Part shown: positions 10,105-20,074 of the stretch, in pieces
Position numbering within the stretch: the first letter of the stretch is position 1
Layout: each line of letters starts with the position of its first letter
Assembly: GCA_965205015.1 (NCBI GenBank)
Contig: OZ242029.1
Location: 3,296,001-3,360,000 of the forward strand
From: Candidatus Poribacteria bacterium
GTDB taxonomy: Bacteria > Poribacteria > WGA-4E > WGA-3G
Direction of reading: 5' to 3'
DNA length: 64,000 bases
The notes under the pieces: model-generated
The model's database searches: none
Seen by the model: the letters and a program-made list of their open reading frames with translations, nothing else
What the model was told of the DNA's origin: nothing
Program-made: the position numbers and the translations under genes

Positions 10105-10874
10105 TTTTTTGCCACCACAGAAAACCCATTGTCATTCTCTGGATGGAAGTCTTCCAGTCTACGCTTCTTGTAGAAATGGGAATCTGTAAATCCCACTTCC
10201 ACAAGACAGTTCTTGAGTTCGTCCGGCGGAAGGTGTTTGCTGGTATAGTCGCACCTGTAATGTTTTTGTGTCTCCAAATCTATTTTAAGCCAAGTGTATC
10301 TTTCTATGTCATTGCCTTCGTCATACTCTCCCTTTTCCAGAACAAATACGTTTTTCTCAATTTCAGACCAGTTAGACATCGGAAATTGCTTGTTTGTTAT
10401 TGGTTGATTTGGATGCACAAAGCAAACCCTACCATTGGGTGTGAGTGCTTTATGGATCCGGTTTAAGAGCGACATCAAACCCGCCTTGGATTGATAGAAA
10501 AACGAACCCTCGAAGAAAATAACAGAAAACCTTTCTTCAAAACGCATTTCATTATAGTCGCCCAAAATAAACTCAATCTCTAAATTTTCACGTTGCGTGA
10601 TCTTTTGAGCCTCAGACAGAAAGTTGGGTGATAGATCCATACCAACAATATGATAGCCGCGCCGAGCAAATTCACGCGAATAGCTGCCAATTCCGCATCC
10701 CGCCTCCAATATTCTGTCACTTTTAGAGAGCAGTAGCACCTTTTCATAGAAAGGAAAATGCCTTTCTACAAATTCTGGCGATTCAAAATTGTAGCTGCCT
10801 GGTCCAAGATACCATCCATCATAGACATCGTGTCCGAAATCTGTTCTCAGAAATTCATTAGAGACAGTGTTCAT
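10101..10874 (-). CDS. Class I SAM-dependent methyltransferase
   Basis: ILEAGCGIG motif I, GMDLS; AGGAGG RBS before ATG 10874. Confidence 0.85.
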   Translation of the reverse strand: MNTVSNEFLRTDFGHDVYDGWYLGPGSYNFESPEFVERHFPFYEKVLLLSKSDRILEAGCGIGSYSREFARRGYHIVGMDLSPNFLSEAQKITQRENLEIEFILGDYNEMRFEERFSVIFFEGSFFYQSKAGLMSLLNRIHKALTPNGRVCFVHPNQPITNKQFPMSNWSEIEKNVFVLEKGEYDEGNDIERYTWLKIDLETQKHYRCDYTSKHLPPDELKNCLVEVGFTDSHFYKKRRLEDFHPENDNGFSVVAKK

Positions 10875-11086
10875 TTTTCCTCCTAAAATGAGCAGCGGGT
10901 GGCACAACCTAACAGTTTATGCGACAAGTCCCTTTATTGAACTCACGTTACGCTACTCAATCAAACCACATTCACAAACAGATGTCAAGCGAATTCTTTA
11001 TTGCTCCGATCTTGACTTTTTTCTCAGATATGCTATCATTGCATCTATGCTCATTAACTCAAATCGTAAGTTGATAGGAGAAAAAA

Positions 11087-12073
11087 ATGTCAAACACTGT
11101 AAGCCGACAAATTCGCTTGAAGAACCGAATCGTCGGTATGCCCAAGGAAGATGATTTTGAAATCGTTGAGGCGACGCTCCCTGAACCCGCGGCAGGAGAG
11201 GTGTTAGTTGAAAACCTTTACACGTCCGTAGACCCGTATATGCGTGGCGGTATGCGGTCGGCTGAACTCGGTAAACCCTTAGAAGGTAGATGCGCCGGTC
11301 GGATAGTGGAATCGAACAGTGACCAGTTTCAAGTCGGAGACTATGTAACGGGTATGCAAGGGTGGCGGGACCACTACATCGCGTCTGCAGAGAGCGTGAC
11401 CGCTGTCGATCTGACGATTGCGCCGCTCCAGTCGTTTTTAGGGGCTGTCGGTATGCCTGGACGGACCGCCTACTTCGGATTTCTGGAGATAGGTCAGCCC
11501 GAAGCGGGAGAAACGGTTTTCGTCTCCGCAGCGGCAGGGGCGGTCGGTTCAATCGTATGCCAGATTGCCAAAATCAAAGGGTGCCGAGTCATTGCGAGTG
11601 CGGGTTCCGATCAGAAAGTTACATGGCTATTGGAGACAGCCGGCGTTGACGCGGCATTTAACTATAAAAATGTCGATGATTTGGAGGCTGAACTCAGGAA
11701 ACACTGTCCCGATGGACTGGACATCTATTTTGAAAATGTAGGCGGCAGACACCTACAAGCCGCGCTCGCAGTGATGAACATGCACGGACGGATCCCGCTG
11801 TGTGGTATGATCTCCCAATACAACGACATTGAACCGACCCCAGGTCCGACAAACCTCAGTTCTGCTATCGGTAAACGGATTAGATTACAAGGGTTTATCG
11901 TTACCGACTTCATGGAACGCAATCCTGAATTTTACAGCGATATGCGGCAGTGGATATCTGAAGGCAAGATACAGTGGGAAGAGACGATCATAGAAGGATT
12001 AGAGAATGCCCCAAAGGCGTTTATCGCGCTTTTCACAGGTGAAAAACTTGGCAAGATCATCGTCAAAGTATAA
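11087..12073 (+). CDS. NADP-dependent oxidoreductase (CurA/YncB, prostaglandin reductase-like MDR)
   Basis: SVDPYMRG, GMPGRTAY, VSAAAGAVGS, YFENVGG, CGMISQYN. Confidence 0.9.
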   Translation: MSNTVSRQIRLKNRIVGMPKEDDFEIVEATLPEPAAGEVLVENLYTSVDPYMRGGMRSAELGKPLEGRCAGRIVESNSDQFQVGDYVTGMQGWRDHYIASAESVTAVDLTIAPLQSFLGAVGMPGRTAYFGFLEIGQPEAGETVFVSAAAGAVGSIVCQIAKIKGCRVIASAGSDQKVTWLLETAGVDAAFNYKNVDDLEAELRKHCPDGLDIYFENVGGRHLQAALAVMNMHGRIPLCGMISQYNDIEPTPGPTNLSSAIGKRIRLQGFIVTDFMERNPEFYSDMRQWISEGKIQWEETIIEGLENAPKAFIALFTGEKLGKIIVKV

Positions 12074-12085
12074 AGGAGTTTTACA

Positions 12086-13138
12086 ATGGCAACCAGAACA
12101 GCACGCGCCACCGTGATGAGTGGCAAAGATTTTGAAGTCCGAGAATATCCGATCGTCGACCCTGCTCCTGGGACGGTCCTCGTCCGTCAGGAGTTAGGCG
12201 GTATTTGCGGGACCGACCTTCATAACTGGGAATTTCAACGTATCGACCACGACATTATCCTCGGACACGAGAACGTCGGTGTGATTGAGACTTTAGGCGA
12301 AGGGGTTGAGACAGACTATCTCGGGAATCCGGTCAAAGAAGGCGACAGGATCGCGCTGTCCCCAAGCGGCGGACTCGGTTTTTCTCCGTCGGAAGAAGCG
12401 CCGTATCTACGCGGGGGGTTCAGTGAGTACATCTACCTGTCAAACCCATCGACGAATATGTTCATTAAAACCGATCTGCCACCGGAAATCGCTGTGCTCG
12501 CGGAGCCTGCTTCGTGTGCTGCACACTGTGTCTCACGCGGCAAAATCGAATTCGGAGATACGGTTGTAATTCAAGGAACCGGTCCGATCGGGCTGCTTGC
12601 GCTGAATTGGGCGAGAGTTTCCGGTGCTGGGAGGCTGATCGTTGTCGGGGGTCCCCCTGGAAGGCTTGAGATGGCAAAAAGATTGGGCGCAGATCTTACA
12701 ATTGACATCGCCGAAGTACCAGACCCGGAAGCGCGAAAGCAGATCGTCCGAGAGAACACACCACAAGGCAACGGTGCGGATGTCGTCTACGAATGTACCG
12801 GTTTTCTCGCCGCTATTCCTGAAGGCTTGGACTATATCAGGCATAGCGGTGCCTATGTTGTATATGGGCACTTTGTGGATGTTGGCTCTTTTGATTGTAA
12901 CCCCAATCAGATGTTAATGCGTAAGAATCTTCGATTGGAGGCTGGATGGGGATTTGAGAGGAAGCATTTTATCCGCGCCATTCCGATGCTTGAGAAGCAC
13001 GCACACTTATTTGAGGGGTTCGTCAGCCACGTTCTGCCCTTAGAAGATGTGTCTAAAGGTTTTGATGCGCTGCACGGCAGTTACAACTTGGACGGAAAGG
13101 ACGCGATTAAGATCGCCGTCGAAGGTGGGGCTGCCTAA
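12086..13138 (+). CDS. Zinc-binding dehydrogenase (MDR family)
   Basis: GICGTD, LGHE, GTGPIG; the 4-Cys structural zinc lobe appears absent. Confidence 0.85.
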   Translation: MATRTARATVMSGKDFEVREYPIVDPAPGTVLVRQELGGICGTDLHNWEFQRIDHDIILGHENVGVIETLGEGVETDYLGNPVKEGDRIALSPSGGLGFSPSEEAPYLRGGFSEYIYLSNPSTNMFIKTDLPPEIAVLAEPASCAAHCVSRGKIEFGDTVVIQGTGPIGLLALNWARVSGAGRLIVVGGPPGRLEMAKRLGADLTIDIAEVPDPEARKQIVRENTPQGNGADVVYECTGFLAAIPEGLDYIRHSGAYVVYGHFVDVGSFDCNPNQMLMRKNLRLEAGWGFERKHFIRAIPMLEKHAHLFEGFVSHVLPLEDVSKGFDALHGSYNLDGKDAIKIAVEGGAA

Positions 13139-13160
13139 AACGTTATACCATCCCTGAGAT

Positions 13161-13197
13161 GTAGGCGCGGTTTTCAACCGCGCCTATAATTTTTTTT
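13161..13197 (+). terminator. REP-like hairpin acting as an intrinsic terminator between convergent genes
   Basis: TAGGCGCGGTT-TTC-AACCGCGCCTA followed by a T-run. Confidence 0.7.
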
Positions 13198-14177
13198 CAG
13201 GCACTTGCTTCTTCTTCGACATCTTTCAGATATACGCGAGCGTTGTTCTGCAAGGCCGACCTATGGACTGCTGCTTCAAACAGGAGTTCGTTCCACGCCG
13301 CTTCACCGTCTGCGGGGAAGGGGGTGTCGACGTGCATCGCCTTAATCACACCATCTGCCATCCGTTTGAAGGACTCCGGCATCTCGGGCTTGTTCTCTTC
13401 TGCTTCCCAGACTTCCTCTATTTCAGAATTATTCGCTTTTCTGCGCGAGTAAGAGCCTTCCAGTCCTTTTGCCTCCGCATAGAATTCATCGCCCAGGACC
13501 TTAACTCGAAGTGGATGGTCGTCGTAGCCCCACAGGTTTGTGCCGCTCAGGGAACCGATGACGCCGTTCTCCCAACCGATGTGAATTAAACGGCTCCAAC
13601 CCCCGGCTTCATTTGGGTCTCCGACGACACTCACCCATTCCGGTCTGCCGACCGTCCAGAGGATCTGATCGATCACATGGGACCAACAGTTGAAATGTGC
13701 CCGGGCGTGTACCATCCGAATCTCACCCAACCGATTCTCGGCAACATCATCGTGTAGTTTACGGAAATGGTGCATAAATCGGTAGTTGAAATCAATCCCG
13801 AACTTAAGATTGGAGTCGCGCCATGTTGCGATGGCGGGTGCCGCGATTCGGAGGTCTTTTTCACGCAACCGCGCTTGTCCTTCCAATCCACAGAGCGGTT
13901 TCTCTGTGAATACATTTCGTCCGGCTTCAAGCAATTGCCGCAGCGGTGGGATACGCCGGGTCTCATTGACAATGAGAAGAACGAGTTCCGCATCGCAGTT
14001 TGCTAAGAGGTCCTCAATTGTTGAATACCCGGGAACCCCGAATTGTTCCGCTGCCTTCGCAAGGAGTTCCGGGTCCATATCGCACACCGCGACCACTTCT
14101 GCGTCCGGATGGCTGTGGAAGTTTCCACCGTGCATCAACCCCATACCTCTACCGCTAATAAGTGCACATTTTTGCAT
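13197..14177 (-). CDS. Gfo/Idh/MocA family oxidoreductase
   Basis: GRGMG Rossmann start, VAVCD, VFTEKPL, FNYRF. Confidence 0.85.
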   Translation of the reverse strand: MQKCALISGRGMGLMHGGNFHSHPDAEVVAVCDMDPELLAKAAEQFGVPGYSTIEDLLANCDAELVLLIVNETRRIPPLRQLLEAGRNVFTEKPLCGLEGQARLREKDLRIAAPAIATWRDSNLKFGIDFNYRFMHHFRKLHDDVAENRLGEIRMVHARAHFNCWSHVIDQILWTVGRPEWVSVVGDPNEAGGWSRLIHIGWENGVIGSLSGTNLWGYDDHPLRVKVLGDEFYAEAKGLEGSYSRRKANNSEIEEVWEAEENKPEMPESFKRMADGVIKAMHVDTPFPADGEAAWNELLFEAAVHRSALQNNARVYLKDVEEEASA

Positions 14178-14420
14178 AACGAAATCCTTTCTGTTTACCA
14201 ACCCTTCAATTTTAGGTCTCCCTACGTCATTTCAAGGCAGTATAGCAGAGAGAATAAAAAACCTCAAGGAAAAACGTCTCTATAGACACACTAAGATAAG
14301 TTTGATGTGTCCCGATTTCTCTTGCCACTTCTCTCCTAACCTGCTATACTCTGATACCGTCTTCTACGCTTGAAATAACGATCTTCTGAACAGCAAGTTT
14401 TCGAGGAGAACTCATAGCAA

Positions 14421-15935
14421 ATGGACCCAGCAATCACAATTGACGACCTTCATAAACATATCGGAAATGCGCGTGAATTGCGAGAATATCTCTCAGCAGA
14501 CCCGCACCGTCCACGCTATCATCTGCTCCCACCCGATGGGTTTTTTAACGACGCAAACTGCACTATTTTCTGGAATGGGCGATACCATGTCTTTTATCTT
14601 GGACGCATGCCAAATCCAAATGCGGAGGAATGGCTGCCGGTACTCGATCACTCCTCCAGTTGTGATTTGGTGCATTGGATACACCACCCACCGGCGATAA
14701 AACCTGCTACTGACGGGTCAATGCCGCGCGGTATATATAGCGGAGACGCTATTGAGAACGCGCCGCTGCCGACCTTCATCTATCACGTGCCGAATCAAGG
14801 CACCTGCATCGCAACCAGCGAAGAGGATGATTTGATTCACTGGACCCCTTCACCCGCAAATCCGGTCATTTCAATACCGGACGAACCCCAAGAGTACCAC
14901 GTTTTTGATCCGTGTGCTTGGTATGAAGATGGCACCTATTATGCACTCATCGGCAACAAAAACAGCCGACCGGGATACGAGGGCGACGCGACGAGTCTTT
15001 TCCGTTCGGACGACTGTATTCAATGGGAGTACCTCGGTCCCTTCTACAAATCTTCACGGCGTTGGACGGATGAGGTTGAAGATTGCGCCTGTCCCGATTT
15101 CTTTCCGCTCGGTGATAAATACATGCTTCTGATGCACGGGCACCGCCCTTACGGTATGGCACATTATTACCTCGGACATTACGAAGATGAGCAGTTCTTT
15201 CCTGAAACACATGGACGTTTGAACTGGCAAGGTGGACAACTCTCTGGACCCGAAACGCTCCTTGACGACAAGGGACGCCGTATCTTTTTTGGTTGGATTC
15301 GCGAGGCCCGTCCCTGGGAGGAATACGGTTGGGCTTCTGTAATGACGTTGCCACGGATCCTATCGTTGCGTGGAGACGGAAGTCTCTGTATTGAACCCGT
15401 TCCAGAACTCGAAAAACTCCGCACTCAGCATCACCACCAAGAAGCGATTCAACTCAAGGCAGACGTGGAGATCGAGATTGGCGGTGTGCGTGGCGATTGT
15501 CTTGAAATACAGGTCGACATTGATCCAAGAGATACTACAGAATTCGGTGTGAAGGTTCGCCGTTCCCCAGGCGGCGAGGAGGAGACCGCCATTGTCTATT
15601 CGTCATCTGACGAATTCCTTAAAATCGATCTCACGAAATCAACTTTGAATGACGAAGTAAAATATCCGCGTCTGACGCCACAAGACGAAGACGGTGGAGA
15701 GCGTTATACAAATTCACAAGAAGCACCGTTTAAACTGTTTGAAGAGGAATCCGTGAAACTTCATATCTTCTTAGACCGATCCGTGTTGGAAGTTTTTGCG
15801 AACAGTCGATTGTGTCTAACCCAGCGTATCTATCCAACGCGAGCCGACAGTCTCGGTATCTCAATTTTCGCACGCGGTGGGGAAGGGATTGTAAACAGTT
15901 TAGATGCATGGACGCTTACGCCAACGGTAGGGTGA
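14421..15935 (+). CDS. Glycoside hydrolase family 32 protein
   Basis: RPRYH..P, NDAN (NDPN-like), FDP (RDP-like), CPDFF, MTLPR, DRSVLEVFAN. Confidence 0.85.
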   Translation: MDPAITIDDLHKHIGNARELREYLSADPHRPRYHLLPPDGFFNDANCTIFWNGRYHVFYLGRMPNPNAEEWLPVLDHSSSCDLVHWIHHPPAIKPATDGSMPRGIYSGDAIENAPLPTFIYHVPNQGTCIATSEEDDLIHWTPSPANPVISIPDEPQEYHVFDPCAWYEDGTYYALIGNKNSRPGYEGDATSLFRSDDCIQWEYLGPFYKSSRRWTDEVEDCACPDFFPLGDKYMLLMHGHRPYGMAHYYLGHYEDEQFFPETHGRLNWQGGQLSGPETLLDDKGRRIFFGWIREARPWEEYGWASVMTLPRILSLRGDGSLCIEPVPELEKLRTQHHHQEAIQLKADVEIEIGGVRGDCLEIQVDIDPRDTTEFGVKVRRSPGGEEETAIVYSSSDEFLKIDLTKSTLNDEVKYPRLTPQDEDGGERYTNSQEAPFKLFEEESVKLHIFLDRSVLEVFANSRLCLTQRIYPTRADSLGISIFARGGEGIVNSLDAWTLTPTVG

Positions 15936-15970
15936 TCGTCAGTCTTCGAAAATCAAACGATAGGAAAATT

Positions 15971-16867
15971 ATGCAGCCTCAACAACTTCCCAGAATTGGT
16001 TTTATTGGACTCGGAAACATGGGCGGACGGATGGCGAAGAATCTTCACAATGCCGGGTATCCGCTCATTGGATATGATATTGATGCCGCAAAATGTGAAG
16101 CACTCGCTGAAACTGGCGCGACCGCAGGTCAAGATACCGCTGAGGTCGTCAGAAATAGCGATGTCGTCATGACCAGTTTGCGTTCCTCTGATATTTTTTC
16201 CAGCGTCGCAGAACAACACTTAATCCCTAATGCTCGCGACGGTCACGTCTTTATTGATTTAGGTACGACAGAAGTTGAGAGAACGCGGGACATAGCAACG
16301 ACATTCGCTGAAAAAGGCGCGACGCTGATAGACGCACCGGTAAGCGGGGGACCGCACGGATCGGAAACAGGAACACTCCGTATTTTTGTCGGTGGTGATG
16401 CCGCTGTTGTCGAAAAATGCCGCCCGATTTTAGAAGTGCTCGGGGAACCGAAGTATGTCGTATACTGCGGTCCGAGCGGTTCTGGACAGATTGTCAAAGG
16501 TGTGAACCAATTGGCAATGGGACTCGGTGATGCCGCATTCATGGAGGCAATGGCGTTTGGGGTATGTGCAGGCGTGGATCCAACCGCGATTCGCGAAGCA
16601 GTCGGTATGGGTGATGGCTGGCGTGGACAGTTCGATAGAATCGCCGAACGCATTATCGATGGGGAAGGTGGGACACTCGTCATCAAATACCCGGAATTGC
16701 CCTATTTCCTCGCCGCGGCGGAGGCCTCTGGGTTCAATATTCCATTAGCAGAAGCCCTCTACGCATTCTGTAAAAAAGGGGATTACGAGATGTTTGATAA
16801 TATGAATCGTCCGTCACGTTCATTCTGGCGAACATTGACAAAAGATTCAGACGCGGAACAGGATTAG
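15971..16867 (+). CDS. NAD(P)-dependent beta-hydroxyacid dehydrogenase (3-hydroxyisobutyrate dehydrogenase family)
   Basis: IGFIGLGNMG, DAPVSGG, GSGQIVKGVNQ; start taken at ATG 15971. Confidence 0.88.
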   Translation: MQPQQLPRIGFIGLGNMGGRMAKNLHNAGYPLIGYDIDAAKCEALAETGATAGQDTAEVVRNSDVVMTSLRSSDIFSSVAEQHLIPNARDGHVFIDLGTTEVERTRDIATTFAEKGATLIDAPVSGGPHGSETGTLRIFVGGDAAVVEKCRPILEVLGEPKYVVYCGPSGSGQIVKGVNQLAMGLGDAAFMEAMAFGVCAGVDPTAIREAVGMGDGWRGQFDRIAERIIDGEGGTLVIKYPELPYFLAAAEASGFNIPLAEALYAFCKKGDYEMFDNMNRPSRSFWRTLTKDSDAEQD

Positions 16868-16921
16868 TTGGCATCAAAACCTCTGACATTTCAACCTGTA
16901 AGAAGCCTGCAAGAATTTTGT

Positions 16922-17797
16922 CTAACGTCGGGCGGTACGCTGGCGGAAAAATTGGATAAGCGGTTTCACATACGACTCATCTGTTCTGATATGAATAGAA
17001 TCGACTTGATTTGCTCGGAAGACCTGTTGACGTTCTGTATCGGCACGCCGATTCAGTTCCGTATAGAGGTGCCGTGCTTCCGCGGCGCGTGTATCAATAA
17101 CGACCCTCTCTCCGCTCTCTGCATCCTCCAGTTCTATGAGTCCGACATCCGGTAATTCCACCTCCCGCCTGTCTTGTAAGGTAATAGCAATAAGCGAATG
17201 CCGTTTACTGCTCAAGCGTAACTGCTTTTCGTACCCCGAATCCTTGAAATCCGAGATCAGAAACACAACACTGTGTGGCTTGAGCACCCGATCGACGAAC
17301 GCCAATGCCGTTTCAATGTTCGTCCCCGGCTGCTTTGGTTGAAAATGAAGGATATCCCGAACGACCCGTAAGACGTGCCTTTTTCCCTTACGTGGCGCGA
17401 CGAAATGCTCCACGGTGTCCGTAAAACAGATAAGCCCAACTTTGTCGTTGTTTTTAATGGCGGAAAAGGCGAGGAGTGCTGCAATCTCGGCAGCGATTTC
17501 TGCCTTCGTCTCAGCAATACTGCCAAAACTGGTCGAGGCACTCATATCCACAACCAACATCATGACGAGTTCCCGTTCTTCCACGTACTTCTTGATGTAA
17601 GTCTGCCCCATGCGTGCGGTGACGTTCCAATCGATCGTACGGATTTCATCGCCTACCTGATACTCTCGCACCTCATCGAAGGTAATCCCTTGTCCTTTGA
17701 AGACGCTTTCATACTCCCCAGCGAAGACGGTGTTAACGAGGCGATTGGTGAATATTTCGATACGTTGGATTTTTTTGAGTATGTCTTTTTCGTTCAT
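16922..17797 (-). CDS. DUF58 (vWA-like) protein
   Basis: SVFKGQG, REYQVGD, IDWNVTAR, EERE, DMSAS, ISDF. Confidence 0.92.
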   Translation of the reverse strand: MNEKDILKKIQRIEIFTNRLVNTVFAGEYESVFKGQGITFDEVREYQVGDEIRTIDWNVTARMGQTYIKKYVEERELVMMLVVDMSASTSFGSIAETKAEIAAEIAALLAFSAIKNNDKVGLICFTDTVEHFVAPRKGKRHVLRVVRDILHFQPKQPGTNIETALAFVDRVLKPHSVVFLISDFKDSGYEKQLRLSSKRHSLIAITLQDRREVELPDVGLIELEDAESGERVVIDTRAAEARHLYTELNRRADTERQQVFRANQVDSIHIRTDESYVKPLIQFFRQRTARR

Positions 17798-17934
17798 GCT
17801 ACAAAAATTTTGTAAATAACAACTTAGGTTTGTATAAGGAAAAGTACTTGTTTAAGTTCTTAAACGCTATTATACTATTCGAAAAGAGCAGAATCAATAT
17901 TTTTTGACAACCGACAACTATAAAACTGATACCC

Positions 17935-18768
17935 ATGCAGAATACTTTTTTGGACAATACCGCAATTGAAATCCATCGTGAGATTCAAACCGGGAATATC
18001 CGCCACGTCGTTTTCGACTTTGATGGAACAATCTCCCTCATCCGAGACGGTTGGCAGAATGTGATGGTCCCGATGATGGTCGAATGCCTTCAAACCGAAA
18101 CGGATACTACTGAGACGCAAGAACAACTCGAAGCACTCGTCGTTGAATTTGTGGATAGGTTGACCGGTAAACAGACGATTTATCAAATGATCCAGTTAAG
18201 CGAGGAAATCGAGAAACGCGGTGGGACACCGAAGGATCCACTCGCCTATAAAGACGACTATAACCGCCGATTGTTGCCCGTCGTTGAGGAACGGATTGCG
18301 GGACTCGCTGCGGGAACATTGTCAGCCGATCCGCTCCGCGTGCCGATGTCGCTTGAATTTCTTCAAAGCCTGCGTGAGATGGGGATCAGCTGCTATCTCG
18401 CCAGTGGGACGGATGTTGAATTTGTTAAAAACGAAGCATCGCTCCTCGGTGTTGCGGAATACTTTGACGGTGGAATTTTCGGGGCATTACGGGAATATCA
18501 GAAGTTTTCCAAAGCGATGGTCATCCAGAAAATCATCACGGATTTCAACCTTAGCGGAAGCGAATTGCTAATCGTTGGGGACGGCTACGTAGAGATCGAA
18601 AACGCCAAAGAAGTCGGAGCGATCGCTGTCGGTGTTGCGTCTGTAGAGGACAATATGTACAATATGAACGCCGATAAACGGGAACGTCTTATCCGCGCCG
18701 GAGCGGACATCATCATCTCCGATTTTCGCGAAGGCACGCAGCTAATAAACCATCTGTTCAATCTGTAG
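17935..18768 (+). CDS. HAD family hydrolase
   Basis: FDFDGT, LASGT, VGDG motifs. Confidence 0.88.
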   Translation: MQNTFLDNTAIEIHREIQTGNIRHVVFDFDGTISLIRDGWQNVMVPMMVECLQTETDTTETQEQLEALVVEFVDRLTGKQTIYQMIQLSEEIEKRGGTPKDPLAYKDDYNRRLLPVVEERIAGLAAGTLSADPLRVPMSLEFLQSLREMGISCYLASGTDVEFVKNEASLLGVAEYFDGGIFGALREYQKFSKAMVIQKIITDFNLSGSELLIVGDGYVEIENAKEVGAIAVGVASVEDNMYNMNADKRERLIRAGADIIISDFREGTQLINHLFNL

Positions 18769-18804
18769 CAATTATTTTATAAACAGACTCATGAGGAGGA
18801 CACT

Positions 18805-19938
18805 ATGCCAAACTACGCGAAAGCGTCCGTTCATCCTTCAGAACTACGTGAGTATCAAGACGACCAGACGGGTGCACACATTTATCAACTTACAAACGAT
18901 ACCTCTATTAACCATAACCTCTACTTCCTGACATCTTCGTTCACACCCGACCAAGGACATCTCATTTTCACCTCCTACCGCTCAGGAAAACCGAACTTTT
19001 TCAAACTACAATTTCCCAACGGCGATATTGTGCAGTTGACGGATGCCGATGACATCCACGGTTACTCCGGTGTGATCTCCAAAGACGGCACTGAGCTCTT
19101 TTACACCCAAGCAGACGCTATAAAGGCGATCCATCTTGATACCCTTGAGGAACGTGTGCTTGCAGAGTTCCCCGGTGGAAGTCTCGGTGAATGCAGCGTC
19201 AGTGCAGACGAACGCTTTATCGTAACGGCGATGAAACGCGACGACACATCGCACATCACCGTAACCGCTACTGACGGCAGCGGCGGCGAAGTTATCTACA
19301 CCTCTCCGGATCAGACGATTATCCATCCACAATTTCATCCGAAACATCCTGACCTCATCGCGTATTCCGGGGACCCAGCACCACGGATGTGGACTCTCAA
19401 ACGGGACGGCACAGAAAATCGATCGCTCTACCAACACGGTAACAACGAGTTCCTTGTCCACGAAACCTTTCTCGGCGCGTTGGATGAACTGATCGTGACG
19501 CATTGGCCCTATGCGCTTCGGCGGATGTCTTTGGAAACCCTACAGATGCAGACAATCGCCGATTTCAACGCGTGGCACATTGCCAGCAATCGCGATGGGA
19601 CGAAAGTCCTGTGCGACACCGTCCACCCTGATATCGGTTTACGTTTAGTCGATGTAGAGACAGGTGAACACACACCGATCTGTTATCCGCAGAGTTCCTC
19701 CAGCGGGAGCCAGTGGCAAACCGACCGGTATGCCCTCGCCGAAGATTGGGCAGCCGCCCAACAAGCAGGTGATAGAGAGCAGGCACTCAGTTGGATGGAG
19801 ATGAAGGTGGACACCGTTTATGGACCGCAATGGACGCATCCACATCCTTCTTTCAGTCCAGATGAAACGGCAGTCGTGTATACCTCAGATGTTTCCGGAC
19901 ATTCGCAGGTTTATGTTGCTCTGATTCCGTCAGTCTGA
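18805..19938 (+). CDS. Oligogalacturonate lyase-like beta-propeller
   Basis: YF...FTPD, HPQF, VHETF, WH, HPHPSFSPD motifs. Confidence 0.8.
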   Translation: MPNYAKASVHPSELREYQDDQTGAHIYQLTNDTSINHNLYFLTSSFTPDQGHLIFTSYRSGKPNFFKLQFPNGDIVQLTDADDIHGYSGVISKDGTELFYTQADAIKAIHLDTLEERVLAEFPGGSLGECSVSADERFIVTAMKRDDTSHITVTATDGSGGEVIYTSPDQTIIHPQFHPKHPDLIAYSGDPAPRMWTLKRDGTENRSLYQHGNNEFLVHETFLGALDELIVTHWPYALRRMSLETLQMQTIADFNAWHIASNRDGTKVLCDTVHPDIGLRLVDVETGEHTPICYPQSSSSGSQWQTDRYALAEDWAAAQQAGDREQALSWMEMKVDTVYGPQWTHPHPSFSPDETAVVYTSDVSGHSQVYVALIPSV

Positions 19939-20074
19939 TTATGGACTGTGGGGCGATCCCTATGCTTGCTTATTCTTCATTCTTATTAGAGGATTGAAGA
20001 TCTTTTCGTTGCGATTTGCTAAAAAGACTGTGTATAATTGGGTTTAAATTCTCCATTCTCAGGAGGAAAAGATA

